Assembly (NCBI GenBank): GCA_026023565.1
Contig: JAPETS010000042.1
Span: 186,001-234,226, forward strand
Origin: Cirrosporium novae-zelandiae
Lineage: Eukaryota
Direction: 5' to 3'
Length of the DNA: 48,226 nucleotides
Shown: positions 21,489 through 36,251 of the stretch, one piece after another
Layout: every line of letters begins with the position of its first letter
Numbering within the stretch: the stretch's first letter is position 1
Notes under the pieces: model-generated
What the model was told of the DNA's origin: nothing
Databases searched by the model: none
Seen by the model: the letters and a program-made list of their open reading frames with translations, nothing else
Made by a program: the position numbers and the translations under genes

Positions 21489-22967
21489 ATGTCTTTCTAT
21501 AGGTCTGCGCAAAGTGCGCGGGTATGTCTGTCCTTTCTCTCTCTTTATACTGTCAAATCAATTTTTTTTACTGTTCATCTTCAGCTAACCAAATATTGAA
21601 TCCCAACAGGGTTTGCTTCGGACAACCAAGACCTCTCCGGCATGTTCCAATGGACGAATTTTGGCTGCGCGCTGTGAGTAGCTCTTTGGAAATAAATTAG
21701 TTCGCCTATTAATTCATGGATTCAACAGCTATGGCGACTATACAGCACGATATCTTTAAACCTTCCAAGTATGGTGGGAAATATACCGTCACCCTCATAC
21801 CCGGTGCGCTTCCTCCAGAGATCAATGACCTAAAAAACTTGTATATTGACTGGTTTTACGGCAGGTGACGGCATTGGTGCCGAAGTTTCCGAATCCGTGA
21901 GAACGATTTTCAAAGCCGACAATGTACCAGTGGAATGGGAACAAGTCGACGTCAGTGGCATGGAAACAGGAGGGAAACATTCAGAGGAACTATTCAGAGA
22001 GGCCATTTCTTCTTTGAAGAGAAACAAACTTGGGCTGAAGGGTACATCACCTCTATTCAATCTACATGCCATAACCTTTAACATGGGGAACCAATAGGTA
22101 TACTTCATACACCAATTGAGCGATCCGGTCATCAATCCTTCAATGTTGCCCTGCGACAAGAACTTGACATCTATGCTTCAATTGTTCTTATCAAGAACAT
22201 TCCCGGGTACAAGACCCGTCACGATAATGTCGACTTATGCATCATTCGTGAAAACACTGAGGGTGAATATTCTGGCCTTGAACATCAATCTGTTCCTGGG
22301 GTTGTCGAATCCCTGAAGATTATCACCCGTGCGAAATCGGAGAGAATTGCCAAATTTGCTTTCAGCTTTGCTCTAGCCAACAACCGTCACAAGGTTACCT
22401 GCATCCACAAGGCTAACATCATGAAACTTGCAGACGGTCTTTTCCGAAATACTGTCAGGAAGGTCTCCGAAGATTACCCCACTCTCACGATGAACGATAT
22501 GATTGTTGATAACGCCTCTATGCAAGCCGTTTCAAAACCTCAGCAATTTGATGTTATGGTTATGCCTAACCTTTACGGAGGCATTCTCTCGAATATCGCT
22601 GCGGCTCTTGTAGGTGGTCCCGGTATTGTTCCAGGCTGCAACATGGGAAGAGATGTCGCAGTATTTGAACCCGGCTGCCGTCATGTTGGTCTGGATATCA
22701 AGGGCAAGGATCAAGCCAACCCCACGGCTATGATTCTATCTGGTACAATGCTGCTTCGACATTTGGGATTGGATGAACATGCAAACCGCATTTCCAAGGC
22801 TGTTTATGATGTCATTGCTACCGGGTACGGTTCACTCTCCCCACTTTCACTTCATTTAAATACTAACTCGATTATCAATCAGACCACGAACCCGGGATAT
22901 GGGCGGTGAAGCAACCACCCACGAGTTCACCAGAGCCGTTCTCGATAACATGGAAGCCTCAGCATAG
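21489..22967 (+). CDS. IDH1: NAD-dependent isocitrate dehydrogenase subunit 1, mitochondrial (multi-exon)
   Basis: KYGGKYTVTLIPGDGIGAEV, IIRENTEGEYSGLEH, HKANIMKLADGLF, and VFEPGCRHVGLDIKGKDQANP (Idh1-type). Confidence 0.93.
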
Positions 22968-24025
22968 ACAGACAGTTAGATGTAATAAATGGTATGTACC
23001 ACCTACTTACCTTAGATAAAAATTATGTATGGTACACGAGAAGAACGAGCATGCTTTCCTTTTTAAGTTCTTCCTCAATCAATACTCCCTCCACGCACGC
23101 AAAGCTTTGGCGCATTTTTTCTATGGTTCCGTTATCTGTACCATTAGTCTGGATACACATACATACATAGCGGCACGACATGTACTGTACAATGAATGCA
23201 TAACAGAAGTTTTTATTTTGTAAGGTACAGTGCTGTTGTAGTGCCTACGTGATTTTTTAGGTATCTTGCTTCGCTCCTGTACGGATAATCGCATTTCTTG
23301 ATAGAGGTCTACCATATAGCCATGTTAGAGGCAAGCCAACACCCTCAACCTCTAAATCAAAAAGGGGCATGACATAGCTATGCCCTACCTAATACTTTCA
23401 TATTCACACGTTCTTCACCCAAAAGCCATCCATAGTCCAAACAGTACCAACCCCTAACTTCCCTCCATATTACTACACTACAGTAATCTAAAATCTAAAC
23501 AACTGACCCCTATAGGACTAACTAACAAAATAACTAGTTAGTCATAATCTCAATCATTTAAGGGCATTTCTTTTCCTTTTATCAATGCTATGCATACACT
23601 ACTATTTACAAATAATCCCCCCCCCCCCACACCCCACTCCCCCTCCTAACCTTTTTCATAATAAAAAAACGGTATAAAACATATCTAATGTTCAATATGT
23701 TAGGGTAATAAAATAAGTAGACTATACTATTATAATTATAAACCAACCAACCGCGGGGTTATCAATTAAGCCTACAAGGTTATTTAATAACTCATCCTCA
23801 TCACCCCGAAGGAATCTCACAAGTAATTTTTCCATTCCGTCTGTTTCTGATTACCTAGGTACTTACAATGAAGCCCCTATTTCAACTAAAGCGAATAAAT
23901 ACATATTTATAGTAATCTAGATCCTACGGGGAGATAAATATCTAATCAACTCATGCGAAAAATAATATATCCCTTCCTATTCCTATTCAGCTACCTAATA
24001 ATTAAGCTAATTAACTTGGAGGAGC

Positions 24026-24061
24026 AAGAAGAAGAAGAAGAAGAAGAAAAAGAAGAAGAAG
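24026..24061. repeat. (GAA)n microsatellite
   Basis: Near-perfect GAA run in intergenic DNA. Confidence 0.8.
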
Positions 24062-24469
24062 CTGATCACGGTCCTCTCGTGGGGATAACTGAACTAAAAA
24101 AATTCAATCCAGCTAGTCGCTATTTATCAATTGGAACGTGGAAAGGTAGATTCTTTCTTGGAGAAAAAGAAAAAGAGGAAGAAGAGAGAGGGGGTATACT
24201 GATTATGTATGGCTATGGCCCCTCTCCTCTCCCTGATCCCTTTTTGTAGAATGATTGTTTTTGGGAAGGAAAGTTATTAACCAACTAACCAACTAACTAA
24301 GCGGCCACCCAAAGCCCATGAAATTGATAATGCGTGGCCGTTGTTGTTATTGTTGTTGTTTTTATCAGTCGTTTCTTCGTCATAAGACTTTAAATCCATT
24401 CCTTCATTTATTTGTCTGCTCCTGCCTGGTCAATATAAAGAGGCTTTTTGCTTTTGAGTGTGCCCTTTT

Positions 24470-26050
24470 TTATCGCTTTTTATTGAATCCCACCAGTTTT
24501 CGCAACCTGTCTTCAACCGAAGCTTGATTTCTTTTGGGCCCCCCTGAGGGCTGCTGCTGCTGCTGTAATCGTGATGATGTTGATTCCTCCACCAAACTCG
24601 GTTGAGGTTCTGAAACTTTGATCTCCTGTCCCTTGTTTCTTATTCCTTCCCTTAGAACTGGGCTCGTCTTTGCTTCGAGGCTTGTTTTATCGTCCCAGCC
24701 AACATTCACGAGCGTATCCTGTTTTATCCTGAGGCCTGATATTAATCGGACACTGGCTGCATCTGGTATGCTCTGAAGGGACACGTTGTCGCCTATAAAG
24801 CTCAGGCGAAACGGTTCTTCGGGCCTTGATAAAAGTCCTCTGACAAATGAGTGCAGGCTTGCAGCAGTGTCGAGGTTGTTGAATTCGGTATCCACCATGT
24901 ATCCATCCTGAAAGCGTAACCTGATTCGAATGTGCTTGACACTTGCCAACTTTTCCGACGCCGCTTTTTCTCGTGCGGCTATTTCGATATCGCTTTGAAG
25001 TCGTGTGGGTTTTGCCGCTTCTTGCAGGTGTTTCTGATGGAGTTTCGCTTGTTCTATGTTTATTTCATGATCAGATTCCCTATCTATAAAATTTGCAGCC
25101 TGAGGAGTTGCACTTGATGAAGGTGCAATGACATTCAGGAGCCGCTGGTCCGGCCCAACCACAGTCCCATTGATCACCGAATCTAGTTGAACCGTTGGTG
25201 GGACATTTTCTGTATTGGTTGGTTCGCTCTCTATGGGGTCTGGACTACTGGGCTCGGGAGGTGATTTCTCATCCGAGGCTTCATCAGAGACACCTAAGGT
25301 CTCGATATTTGGTTTTGATTCTGCTGTTCCAGCACTTCCAGCATGCGCACCAGCCTGAGGGGTTGAACCCGGTTCTTTGAAATATTCGTCGATCTGAGTT
25401 ATGGCTTGCTCTAAAGGAAGGTCTGTGGCACGAAAGCTCAGTCGAAATAAGTGCGAACCATTGGAATATCCTAACTGTGCCAAGGTCTTTTGAAAATCCG
25501 TAAACGAGGATAGCTCTTTTCCCATATCATTTAAGACCGGCGTCTCATAGAATAATCTCCCAGCACCAGTTTCCCCATCCTTGGTTTGAGGTGTCCCTCG
25601 TGCAGTAAAGTTGTATGGTCTGCCATTCGGAGCAGGTGTCGACTCAAACTTGCGCAGTACCATCCATAACGTAGTCGAGCTAGAGAATTTATCCGTTAGT
25701 CGAGAGTTCGGCGCCCCTTGAGCTTCGGACTGGGGTAGCTGAAAAGCAAGAGAGACCACGGATGGAGAACGAGAAGCCTGAACAAGTTCGAGCTTTGCAC
25801 CGGATGGTAAGCCAGAGAGCCGGTATGTATTAGAAAGTGCCACGTGCTTTTTGTTGTTCCTAGAAATAAATATCAGGAGAAGTACAATACAAGCAGCCGG
25901 ATATTTAACTTACTTCAACTCATACTGCCCCGCAGATAGCCCGAACTTCGAACAAGCCTGGTCCCGCACATCACTCAGTCGAGTCGAGGGTGTAACTTTG
26001 ATCACAGCTCGACGAGCAGCGGAGTCGATAACCACGACATTCGCAGACAT
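24470..26050 (-). CDS. TUG/ASPL-like UBX-domain Cdc48 adaptor, 1 intron
   Basis: Exon 1 MSANVVVIDSAARRAVIKVTPSTRLSDVRDQACSKFGL (TUG ubiquitin-like), then YRLSGLPSGAKLEL and a UBX-like IRLRFQDG. Confidence 0.8.
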
Positions 26051-26575
26051 AGTGTTGCTTTACACGTCCTAGATTCCCACCGTCAAAGAGACAAAGATCC
26101 CAAGTAGTGATAGAACAGCGGGGTACTCTGGATAGGTTAAAACTGCCGTGAAATCGGAATACGTGGAGAAGGGAGAATATGAGACTTTATTATTGAAGAG
26201 CTGATTCTTATACTAAATTTGGCAAACAGAGCAGAGAATTGTACAGATAGTATTGCTTATAGGACCCTTCCTAAGTCGAGATTGGTAATTCTGCGGCAAC
26301 AACTTCCAAGAGAAAGCCCACGCCATTGGCGATTGGCGGGAGCTGCCTGAGATGAATGATGCCTGAGGCCAAAAATTAATATCAATGATGGTCTAAGCTT
26401 CTGAGCCTCCGATGGGCAACTGGCAGCACGCGTAGACCAGCTCTTTGCTGCAACTCCAACAATCAACCTGCCACTTCTCCCGCCCTCCAATCCCATATCT
26501 GCCCCAGAGTCACTCTTCGAGATTTCCTTCATTGTAACTTCTAACAGTACTCAGTTTTCCGTTTGAAACTTCAAA

Positions 26576-27357
26576 ATGGTAAGCAATGAAGCTTTATAGC
26601 TATCAATTCATGCTAACTTATCACTAGAGTTCGCCATTCGACATAAGTATAGACCTCTCTCTTTTTAAGCCAGTACGATCATCAGCTTATAAAACATCTT
26701 AGATGGCGGTGCCTGTGTAGCTATGGTTGGCAAAGACTGTGTTGCCATAGCCTGCGATCTCCGCCTCGGCATGCAATCCCTCACCATATCCAACAACTTT
26801 CCCAAGATCTTCCCATATGGCTCTGTTTATCTTGGCCTTACTGGACTAGCCACTGACGTCGCCACTGTATCTGATTTGTTCCGCTACAAAGTCAACATGT
26901 ACCGTTTGCGAGAAGAACGGCCAATATCACCACAGACAATGGCCAATCTAGTTAGCAGCAGTTTGTATGAGAAAAGATTTGGACCATACTTTGTATCACC
27001 CGTCATTGCTGGAATCAATAAGACTACTGGAAAACCGTTTATATGCGGCTTTGATAGCATAGGATGCATTGACTTCGCCAAAGACTTTATCGTGAGCGGG
27101 ACAGCCAGTGATCAGTTGTTTGGTACATGCGAAGGGTTGTGGGAGCCAGACTTGGTATGATGCTTTCCAAAAATTTATTCATTACTGGTTGCTGATATGT
27201 TTGCTCTTGGTAGGAACCTGAGGATCTGTTTGAAACCATCTCACAGGCTTTGCTTAATGCTGTGGACAGAGACGCTCTCTCAGGTTGGGGTGCACATGTC
27301 TACATCATAGAAAAAGATAAAGTTACGAAGAGACTACTCAAGGGAAGACAGGATTAA
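26576..27357 (+). CDS. PUP3: 20S proteasome subunit beta-3; first coding exon is ATG only
   Basis: [30 protein letters not shown]...YEKRFGPYF...[10 protein letters not shown]...LKGRQD. Confidence 0.95.
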
Positions 27358-27650
27358 TGGGGCATTTGAATGATGGGCTATGCGGCTAGGCTTCATGTTA
27401 CCAATGTGCTTTGGGCCATGGCTACAATTATGCCAACTATGGCACATAGAAAATAAATGAAAAATATTCATACAATTTCTCTATCACATTAACGTTAAAT
27501 CTCATATAGCAAAAAGCATCACCTTGGTGAGAAAAACTCAAGTCCTCTATGACTTTATCGCAAATGTACAGGTCTATCCATTTTGCTATCACTGGAATCT
27601 AGGTTGAATCTTTTGATCTAATCGAGAAACAACATGGCCGGTTCGGTCGT

Positions 27651-30600
27651 TTATTCTTCTTTTAATCTTCTCGCAGTCACAGCTTTTGGCATGTAGAACT
27701 TCCTCTCAATCAATTTGAGGACTTCATCGATTAATCTAGTTTCTTATTAGCTAGGATATTTGCCCATGGACCTCGAAAAGACTTACATGACAGGCGCACT
27801 TATTACTAGCACCGCAGCCCATTCACTCCAGTTCAAAGGAATAATTGAGAATAGACCTTGAAGGAATGGAATGTAAAGGAGCGCAAAGTGCAAGACCATA
27901 GACAGGGTGATGGCGTAAATCAGTACCATATTGTTCCAAAGGGGGAGAGTCAAAAGGGACTCGCTTGAAGAAAGGGCATTCATGGCATTAAACATCTCAA
28001 TCACCACAAGGATTGACAATGATACCGTCGAGGCCGACTTGGACATATCATTTGTGAACATCGAACAGCCGATTTCTGAGAATTCGTTGGAACATCGATG
28101 GAAGTGGGATAATTGCCAGAAGGAGATTTGAGGTCCTGCCGGGTTGAACATGAACCACCATGCGTATCCGAAGACAGTAGCTGCACCCACATAGGTACCG
28201 ATGACTAGATATCTGAAGAAGAGCCATCCGCCAACAAGTGCTTCATCACGTTTCCTTGGAAGTCTTTTCATGACATCGTGGTCTGAGGGATTGAAAGAGA
28301 GAGCAGTAGCAGGTAAACCATCTGTCACCAAATTGACCCAAAGTAGTTGGACTGGGATGAGGGCTTCTGGCATTCCAAAGGCTGCTGTTAGAAAGATTGA
28401 GACAACTTCACCAATGTTGGATGAGATGAGATATCGAATGAATTGCTGAGTATTGTTGTAGATAGTTCTTCCCTCCTCGACTGCAATCTCGATTGTCGTG
28501 AAATTATCATCAGCGAGGACCATATCAGCAGCGAGTTTTGCAACATCTGTTCCCGAGCCCATAGCGACGCCAATATCGGACTTCTTTAATGCAGGGGCAT
28601 CGTTGACACCGTCACCGGTCATAGCCACGACATCTCCAGCAGATTGAAGCAGGTCAACAAGCTTGGACTTATGGCTAGGCTCAACTCTGGAGAAAAGGGA
28701 CGCTGTTTTAGCTGCTTGAAGCTGTTCACTTTGAGACAAATTGTCAAATTCCCTTCCAGTAAAGCTTTTCCCTTTCAAGTCTTCGTCTACACCGAAGATT
28801 CCAATCTGGCGGCAAATTGATTCAGCGGTTGTAGGATTATCGCCTGTAATAACTATAACCCGGATACCTGCATCGCGGCATTTATGGATTGATGCTTCGA
28901 CTTCAGGTCTAGGAGGATCAAGCATTCCAACAAGTCCAACGAGAGTCATGCCCTGTTCAAGCTGTGCATAGTCCTCGGATGTTTTAGCAGTACGTAGAGC
29001 AGTGTCTGAAGAGTCAACCTCTGCAGCAGCTAGGGCTATAACCCGTAGTCCACGACTACCATAATCTTCCACTTCTTTAAGAAGGATATTTGTTAAGCTG
29101 CTGCTAAGTGTAGTCCTACTTGCGTCCTCGCCCATGAGAACATAGGAACAACGTTCAAGAATCGATTCTGGTGCACCCTTGACCAATAGTCGCTGGTTCT
29201 GCCCTCGTCCGACTAGCACAGACATACTTTTTCTATCCCTGGAAAATTCATACGTGGCTTGCAGAGGCAATTTCGATTCGAAGTAAGCGCTTGCTCGGTG
29301 CAATCTTTCCTGGATAGGGAGTGTTCTTGTCTGTTTATTGTATGCCACGTCTGGTGCTCCCATTTTCTCAGCAAGGACGCGTAAGGCACCCTCGGTAGGT
29401 TCACCGACGTTGGTATAAGTTCCATTACCATTACCATTTTTGCTGTCATATGATAGCTGAGCTTTGTTGCAGAGAGCAGATACCAATGCTACTTGCAGCA
29501 TCATTGGGGATGAAGCAGTCACATGTTCTATAACTTTGCCATTATGGCTTAGGGCCCCCTCTGGGGAGAATGTTGTGCCTTCAACATCAAATTCCTCGAG
29601 ACCGGTGCCAGACTCGTTGATATAGGCAACTTTATTAACACTCATCTGGTTTGTAGTCAAAGTGCCTGTCTTGTCAGAACAGATGACATTGCAGCTACCA
29701 AGAGTTTCTACTGAAGGAAGACTTCGAACAACGGCGTTCTTAGCAGCCATTCGCCTGGTGCCCAACGCAAGGCAAGTGGTGATCACGACCGCCAAGCCCT
29801 CGGGAATTGCAGCGACACCTAGAGACACAGCAATCTATATTCTTAGTTAGAAATCTGGTAAAAGAAGTGATGGATACAAGACTAACCTTCAGATAATATA
29901 TTGCCCCCTTAGTCCAGCTTCCAAACGTAGGATCGTTAAAATGCTGGATGTTCATCAACCAAACGAGCACGCAAATCGCAGAGATGACCTTCGCGAGCAC
30001 GTCTCCAAAGTCGTTCAGCTTTTGTTTAAGAGGAGTTGGCTCAGATATTTGCGATGCTATGCTCTCATGGATATCACCGATGGCAGTTGAGGGGCCTGTT
30101 AAGACGACAATTGCCGTCGCGTGCCCAGTAACCACTGTAGTTCCAGAGAAAAGCATGTTGATCTGATCCTGCTTTACAGCCTTTTCATCTTCAACCGGTC
30201 TAACTCCCTTGTTTACGCTTTCGCTTTCCCCAGTCAGAAGTGCTTGATCAACCTGGAAACTGTTGCTCTCAATTGATAATACTCTGCAGTCAGCGGGAAT
30301 CCGATCTCCCACAGCCACAGTTATTATATCTCCAGGAATCAATTCCTCGGCTTTTACCCGCTTCATGACCCCATTCCTAATAACCTTGGCTTCATTTGCC
30401 GAATATTCTTGTAACGCTGCGATAGCCTTTTCGGCACTGCTTTCTTGTTGCACGCCCACGATCGCATTTAGAATTAAGATTGTGAGAATCTATGCGTATA
30501 ATAAGGTTATTACATGCCGAAGAATCGGGGTGAGATGATGCTTACCACAGCAGGATCAACAAAGGCAGTCCAGTCATCGGTATCTTCGAAGAAAGCAAGA

Positions 30601-30882
30601 ACCAATGATACGGCAGCCGAGCCCAGAAGAATTATGACTAGCTGGTCCTTGAATTGTTCGAGGACCAACTCCCATAATGGAGTTGGTGGATCTTCTGGTA
30701 ATGCTATAAATGCAGTCTTAGTAAATGCTTCGCGAAAAACATGGCATGGCAACAGCAAACTAACCATTAAATCCATACTTTCTCCTTCCTTCCTGGACTT
30801 CAGCATCGGAAAGGCCTTTTTGTTTAGAAACATGGAAATGATCGAGAATAGCCTTTGTAGGCAAGTTGTATGCGCGCTCCAT
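27651..30882 (-). CDS. SERCA-type P2A Ca2+-ATPase (multi-exon)
   Basis: [45 protein letters not shown] and [11 protein letters not shown] motifs; ends in KEE. Confidence 0.95.
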
Positions 30883-32336
30883 CCTAGCGACGAAGAAAGG
30901 CAGGTAGAGACAGGTTTTCTCTATTAACGAGAAGTTTGTGAGATATTACCCGCTACAATCCATCGGGTACCTTAGTCAAGGTATGAAAAAAAAGACAATG
31001 ATATATCACCAAAGGGAGCGACCTAGTAGAGAATGACAAGGTGTCCTTTCTTTGCAATCGAAGGTACTAGAGAATCTGGAATATCATGAATAAGCCGTAA
31101 TTATTAGCCATGTGGTCAATGCACGCGGAGGCAAAGTTCTCCTTGGCACCAGCCATTTTTCTAGAAGTTCGTTCGGTGCATCATGACCCTATTGATTAAT
31201 TAATTATGCATTACTGTGTTCAGATCGAAAGGGGTCAACTGAGATTTTACTTTACAGCATGAAACATATTCTGAAATTTGTTGAAATTTTCTGAAAAATC
31301 TAGTTACAATGGTTGTAGGTACGTTGAGATGGTCTAGAACTGTTTGGTCAGTTACCGGAAAGAGACAAGATAAGCTCTTAATGATGTTCGAAGGGATAAC
31401 AGATTAGCGTATTTTCGAGACAAGTGATAAGATAGGGATATGGATATACATTTTGCCCTGTACGCCCCTGCTTTGAAGTAAGAATTGAAGTAGACACCTC
31501 AGGCTGATGTGATTTGACCCCTCACTCGTCAAAGTCTTCTTTCCCACGCTACCAATGACCATCTGGGTACCAAACTTGTTACCTATCCCCACTCAACCGA
31601 ATAAATTCCCAGTTAATCATGTCCAACTTGACTCACCATCCGTGGCAGTGCAAGGCTGAAGTCAGTTCGTCATCCAATGCCTTATTGAGGCCTTCAAGTA
31701 TAATGACAGATGGCTACAAACTTGTCATTCCAAACCATGTGCATGGCTTAATGCCTAAATTTCATGGATGACATGATGTAGATTCTTTTGGATATCTCTG
31801 CCCGACAGCCTGGCAATCTGGCTTATCCTACACCACAATAAATAGAGATTAATGATATCCTTGCAATTAGAATCAAAAAGACGCAATCAACCTATGTCAT
31901 TTCTACAGCATCGAAGGGCCGAGAGGAGATGCGCAGGTTGGAAGAAAACGCTCATGTTGGATGATTCGACAGTAAACAATGGGAAATTTCTCAACAAAAT
32001 TACTCCAGATAGATAATAGTAATAAAGAAATTATATTGGGCAGAATGATAAAAAACAGTAAATAATATGCCATCACATTTTGATGAGGTCCAAATAAAGT
32101 CGAAGCACAATTTGGTTGCGTGGTCAGGATTTTTCCAGCGTCTTCCTCACCTTTTGGGAATAGCGCCATTGGCTTGTATGGCTGCCACTTGCATTGGGCT
32201 CTTCTTCACTCCCACCCTTTCAACCCATTACCAAACCTACTTATCTTCATAATCCTGCAACTCATCGCCATCATATCCCACAACTACCTACTCTAAAGTC
32301 TTATTATCTGAGGTTCTTTGCGATCAGATATCAAGC

Positions 32337-33670
32337 ATGACGACCGAAGTAAGTCCCAACATCCAACTCTTCCGTCCTTCCATCTCCATGTAATCGTGAC
32401 GAGATCCTCCTCACCGTTCTGCCTCCTCCAACAACCTCAAATGGAGAGGTTTATCTATGAGATTCCTGATGCTAACTAATATTCCTTTTTCAGCGTGACA
32501 GGTGCGATTCTCATGACAATAATAATGTGATGAAGATTATTGACTTCAGTACAGCAAGACCTTTCTCGCGAGGCTCTGCGAGCAGGCTGAGCGCTACGAT
32601 GGTAAAACCTTTCTAGTAATCTCGTTTTCTATCATAGTTTGCTAACAGTCTTTTTTAGAAATGGTTACATACATGAAGGTCAGTAATAGCCCCATGTGAT
32701 TCATCCGCTTCGTATGACCATGAACTGACCTCTTTTTAGGAAGTTGCCAACGTGAGTGATGACACAATTCCGTTAAACATCGGGATCTGTGAGGAAGAAT
32801 ACAATATCTAATTATTGAACAGCTTGGTGGAGAACTCACTGTTGACGAACGAAACCTCCTTTCCGTTGCCTACAAAAATGTTGTTGGAACTCGACGTGCG
32901 TCTTGGCGTATTATCTCGTCCATCGAGCAAAAAGAGGAATCAAAGGGATCTGACAAGCATGTTGGCACCATTCGCGAGTACCGTCAAAAGATTGAGACAG
33001 AACTCGAGAAAGTTTGCCAAGATGTCCTGAATGTCCTTGATGACTCGTTGATTCCCAAAGCCGAGTCAGGCGAATCTAAGGTTTTCTATCATAAGATGTA
33101 AGTTTCTTCGCCCTGAATTTGCGCCATCTACCAGAATCTAACAACTTGCAGGAAGGGTGATTACCACCGTTACCTCGCTGAATTTGCGTCCGGAGAGAAG
33201 CGCAAGGGTGCCGCCACGGCTGCCCACGAGGCCTACAAGGTATGGTTCCTGCAACTAAAAGCACTTTAACTGCATTTTTTTTCCCGCTAACATATGCATA
33301 GAATGCAACCGATGTCGCGCAGACTGAGCTTACCCCAACACACCCAATCCGTCTCGGTCTTGCCCTTAACTTCTCTGTATTCTACTACGAGATCTTAAAC
33401 TCACCAGATCGTGCATGCCATCTTGCAAAGCAGGCTTTCGATGATGCTATTGCAGAACTCGATTCGCTGTCTGAGGAGTCATATCGCGACAGCACCTTGA
33501 TCATGCAGCTTCTCCGTGACAACTTGACTCTCTGGACTTCCTCGGACGGTGGTGAGGCAGAGGCAGCCCCTGCCGATGCACCCAAGAAGGAGGAAACCGA
33601 AGAGGCAGCTGCACCCGCTGCTGCTGCCGCTACTGAGACTCCAGCTGAGGCTACTCCTGCCCAATCTTAG
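32337..33670 (+). CDS. 14-3-3 protein (many short 5' exons)
   Basis: Spliced [55 protein letters not shown]...KMKGDYHRY...[18 protein letters not shown]. Confidence 0.95.
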
Positions 33671-34429
33671 GTCACTTTTCACTTACGATACCCTCAACCA
33701 TAAACAAATTTCCATTTAGTCTGAGGGTATCTGTCAATGAGAGGGAGGAGCAGACAGGTGATGCTTGGCTTGTGGACCCGGATATAGGGGGAGTTTCATA
33801 GGGCTCGCAGGTCGCTGGTGAATTGAGAGGGATACCACCTTTCATGTGTTTTCTTGAATGTTGCAAACAGGATTTAGCGTGTTTACGTGAGATTCAAAGG
33901 CCCGGTGCAAAGCGATGGATGCTAGAGACGCTACCGAATATCTTATGAGGTGTGTAGTCTTGAAGCGTAGTGTTTTCCTTAGATCTTTTCCTCCTTGCAG
34001 GATATCGAGTATCGAGAATCCAACCCCTGTCCAATCATTTTCAGTTCTTGCTATACACACTCAAAAACATAATAGGCCCCGCTAGAGGTGGATGTGCTTT
34101 TGAACCGATTGATTGATGTACGCTTTCTCATGTTTCCAACTCCTAGCCCTCAGTTCTTGGCTTGAGAGTTCTAATGCCCTATGATATCAAGAGTATGACT
34201 TAAGGCTGCGACATCATTAACTGTATCATGAAGTATTCTATGAACATACATGAGTCCTGGTCTCTCATAATTAGATTGTTTGCGTAGAATCCAACTAGCC
34301 AAGTGAAATTAATACTAAAATTACATATTTATCCTGTCCCCATCCCATCCCATTCATTCGTCTCCAACGTCCCATGTCCGACCCATCGGCTTTCCCAATC
34401 GTAAACTGTTGTTATTTATTCATTTTTAT

Positions 34430-35656
34430 TCATTCTTGATCTTCATCATACGATGGATACGCTCGATCCCAATCGTGCGGATCACCACCGGGTACACAGA
34501 GACCCAGTCTCCAGAAATAATCGCGATGCGCAAAGAATAGCTCCCAGAGCTTGTAGCGAGAAGGGACCGCCCAAAACTCGTCATGGTGCCATCTTGCGCC
34601 TTGGATGATTTCTTGTGACTCTTCTTCCTCTCCGGTCAGTCTATCCCAAAGATGAGAAAGATTAACCCCTTGGGCATCTGCTCTGGCGATGCATAAAGGA
34701 TCTTCATCTCCCGCACAGTGCTGGAGGTCGACCACCTCGGGAGATAGTTCCCGTTTCGAGATGTAGATTTCGCCAGCGTGCATTCTATAATTCCATTCTT
34801 TCAATGGAAGGAGGGGGACGGGATCTTCCACGTGTGTCACCCTTCTATAGGATCGTTCTTTGACTTCTTGATCGGTCATGTTAAATTCGGCGTCGATATA
34901 GCGATTCAGAGCAGTATTTCCGACTCGCGGTTCACCGAACGTAGTAACCTGTGGATTCCAGCCACGGGCTTTGAATTCGAGAGCTGCAAGTGCGGCGACG
35001 GCACCACCAAGCGAGTGGCCCACGAGAACGAGTTGGTAGTTTGGGTGATCTTCTATTGCTTTTACGATATCGGGAAGGATTTGCGTGCGTGTGTTAAGCC
35101 AGGACGTCATGAATCCGAGATGGACTGTGCAGTTATTACATTTTCCACCATTGACGTCCTCATTACCGGGATAAGGGATATATTCTTGTGGAACTGTAGA
35201 TAGATCCACTACGGTATTTGAAACAGAGTAGGTACCGCGAAAGGCGAGTATGATTCGAGGTTTAGAGGGAGGGTGCGAGAGCGCAATATAGCCACAGGAA
35301 TCTGCGAGTAGTGGACCGGTATTCCAAGACTACGATATACTAGTTAGTTCTAGACTAACAGCGTATATTTGCCTCAACTCGTGAGAGATGCCTACCTTTA
35401 CGAGTTCAAAGTTTGGAAAGTCTTGACAGCGACCTGCGCAACTAAATGGTCGTCGAATACCAGTAGTGCCAACACAGTATGAAATGTCGACTATCCTCGA
35501 AAGCTCCTCCAAAGACCTGAATAGGGAGATGGAGATGCTCCGATTACTGTCAGATGTTGTGAGGAGCAGCCTCTGCCATGTTGGAAAGGCACTGGTAGTT
35601 GCTAGGAAAACAAGAGCACAGAGAAGTCTGAGCAGATTTGTGAATTGGAGCTCCAT
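34430..35656 (-). CDS. Secreted class 3 lipase, 1 intron
   Basis: Signal peptide, AFRGT, VHLGF, nucleophile motif GHSLGG, TFGEPRVGN, RVTHVEDPVP and a C-terminal AHRDYF. Confidence 0.9.
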
Positions 35657-36251
35657 TGTGAAGGTCTTCTACATATTGAAGGTAGGTGAAACTGAAGGTT
35701 CTTTAGAAGTTCATGGCCTTTGATGGTATGGGAATATATGCATTTCTAGAGGAAGGGGGTGCGAAACCTACCCAAGGGAAGGTGTTCAGCAGCAATCAGT
35801 CGACTCGGAAAGAGCATCATGCAAGTCAGTCAAGCTTCGGTTCGTGGACGCCCAAACGCCCAAATCCGGGGTAAGACCTTCGGAAGGTTGGGATCGGTTA
35901 ATTAGATGGAATGACGCAAATTAACTTGTCTGTCACGACGGATTCAAATTGTTACTTTTCTAACTAAGGTAAAGTAGAACGCCGCACTAGGTAACTAGGA
36001 TAGATACCTATCTAGTCTAAGGAGGGGCTCTTTATCATTTGACTTGGGTCACAAGAACTGACGTACAACTTGAAGGTGATAACTAGACTTTTCCATTCAA
36101 ATTACTTTCTTGTACCCTATTCGTATAGGTACGTCGATTTATCAATTCTAGGATATAGATCCTCAGCATTGTTGTTTATGGTTTATAAGTCTCGAAGGTT
36201 ATTAATCGTGATTGCTAGATAATATTCGAAACTGTTGAGAATCCCAACAAG

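Noticed and set aside
23953..24249. 98-aa ORF with poly-Glu
   Set aside because: Produced by the GAA microsatellite in AT-rich intergenic DNA.
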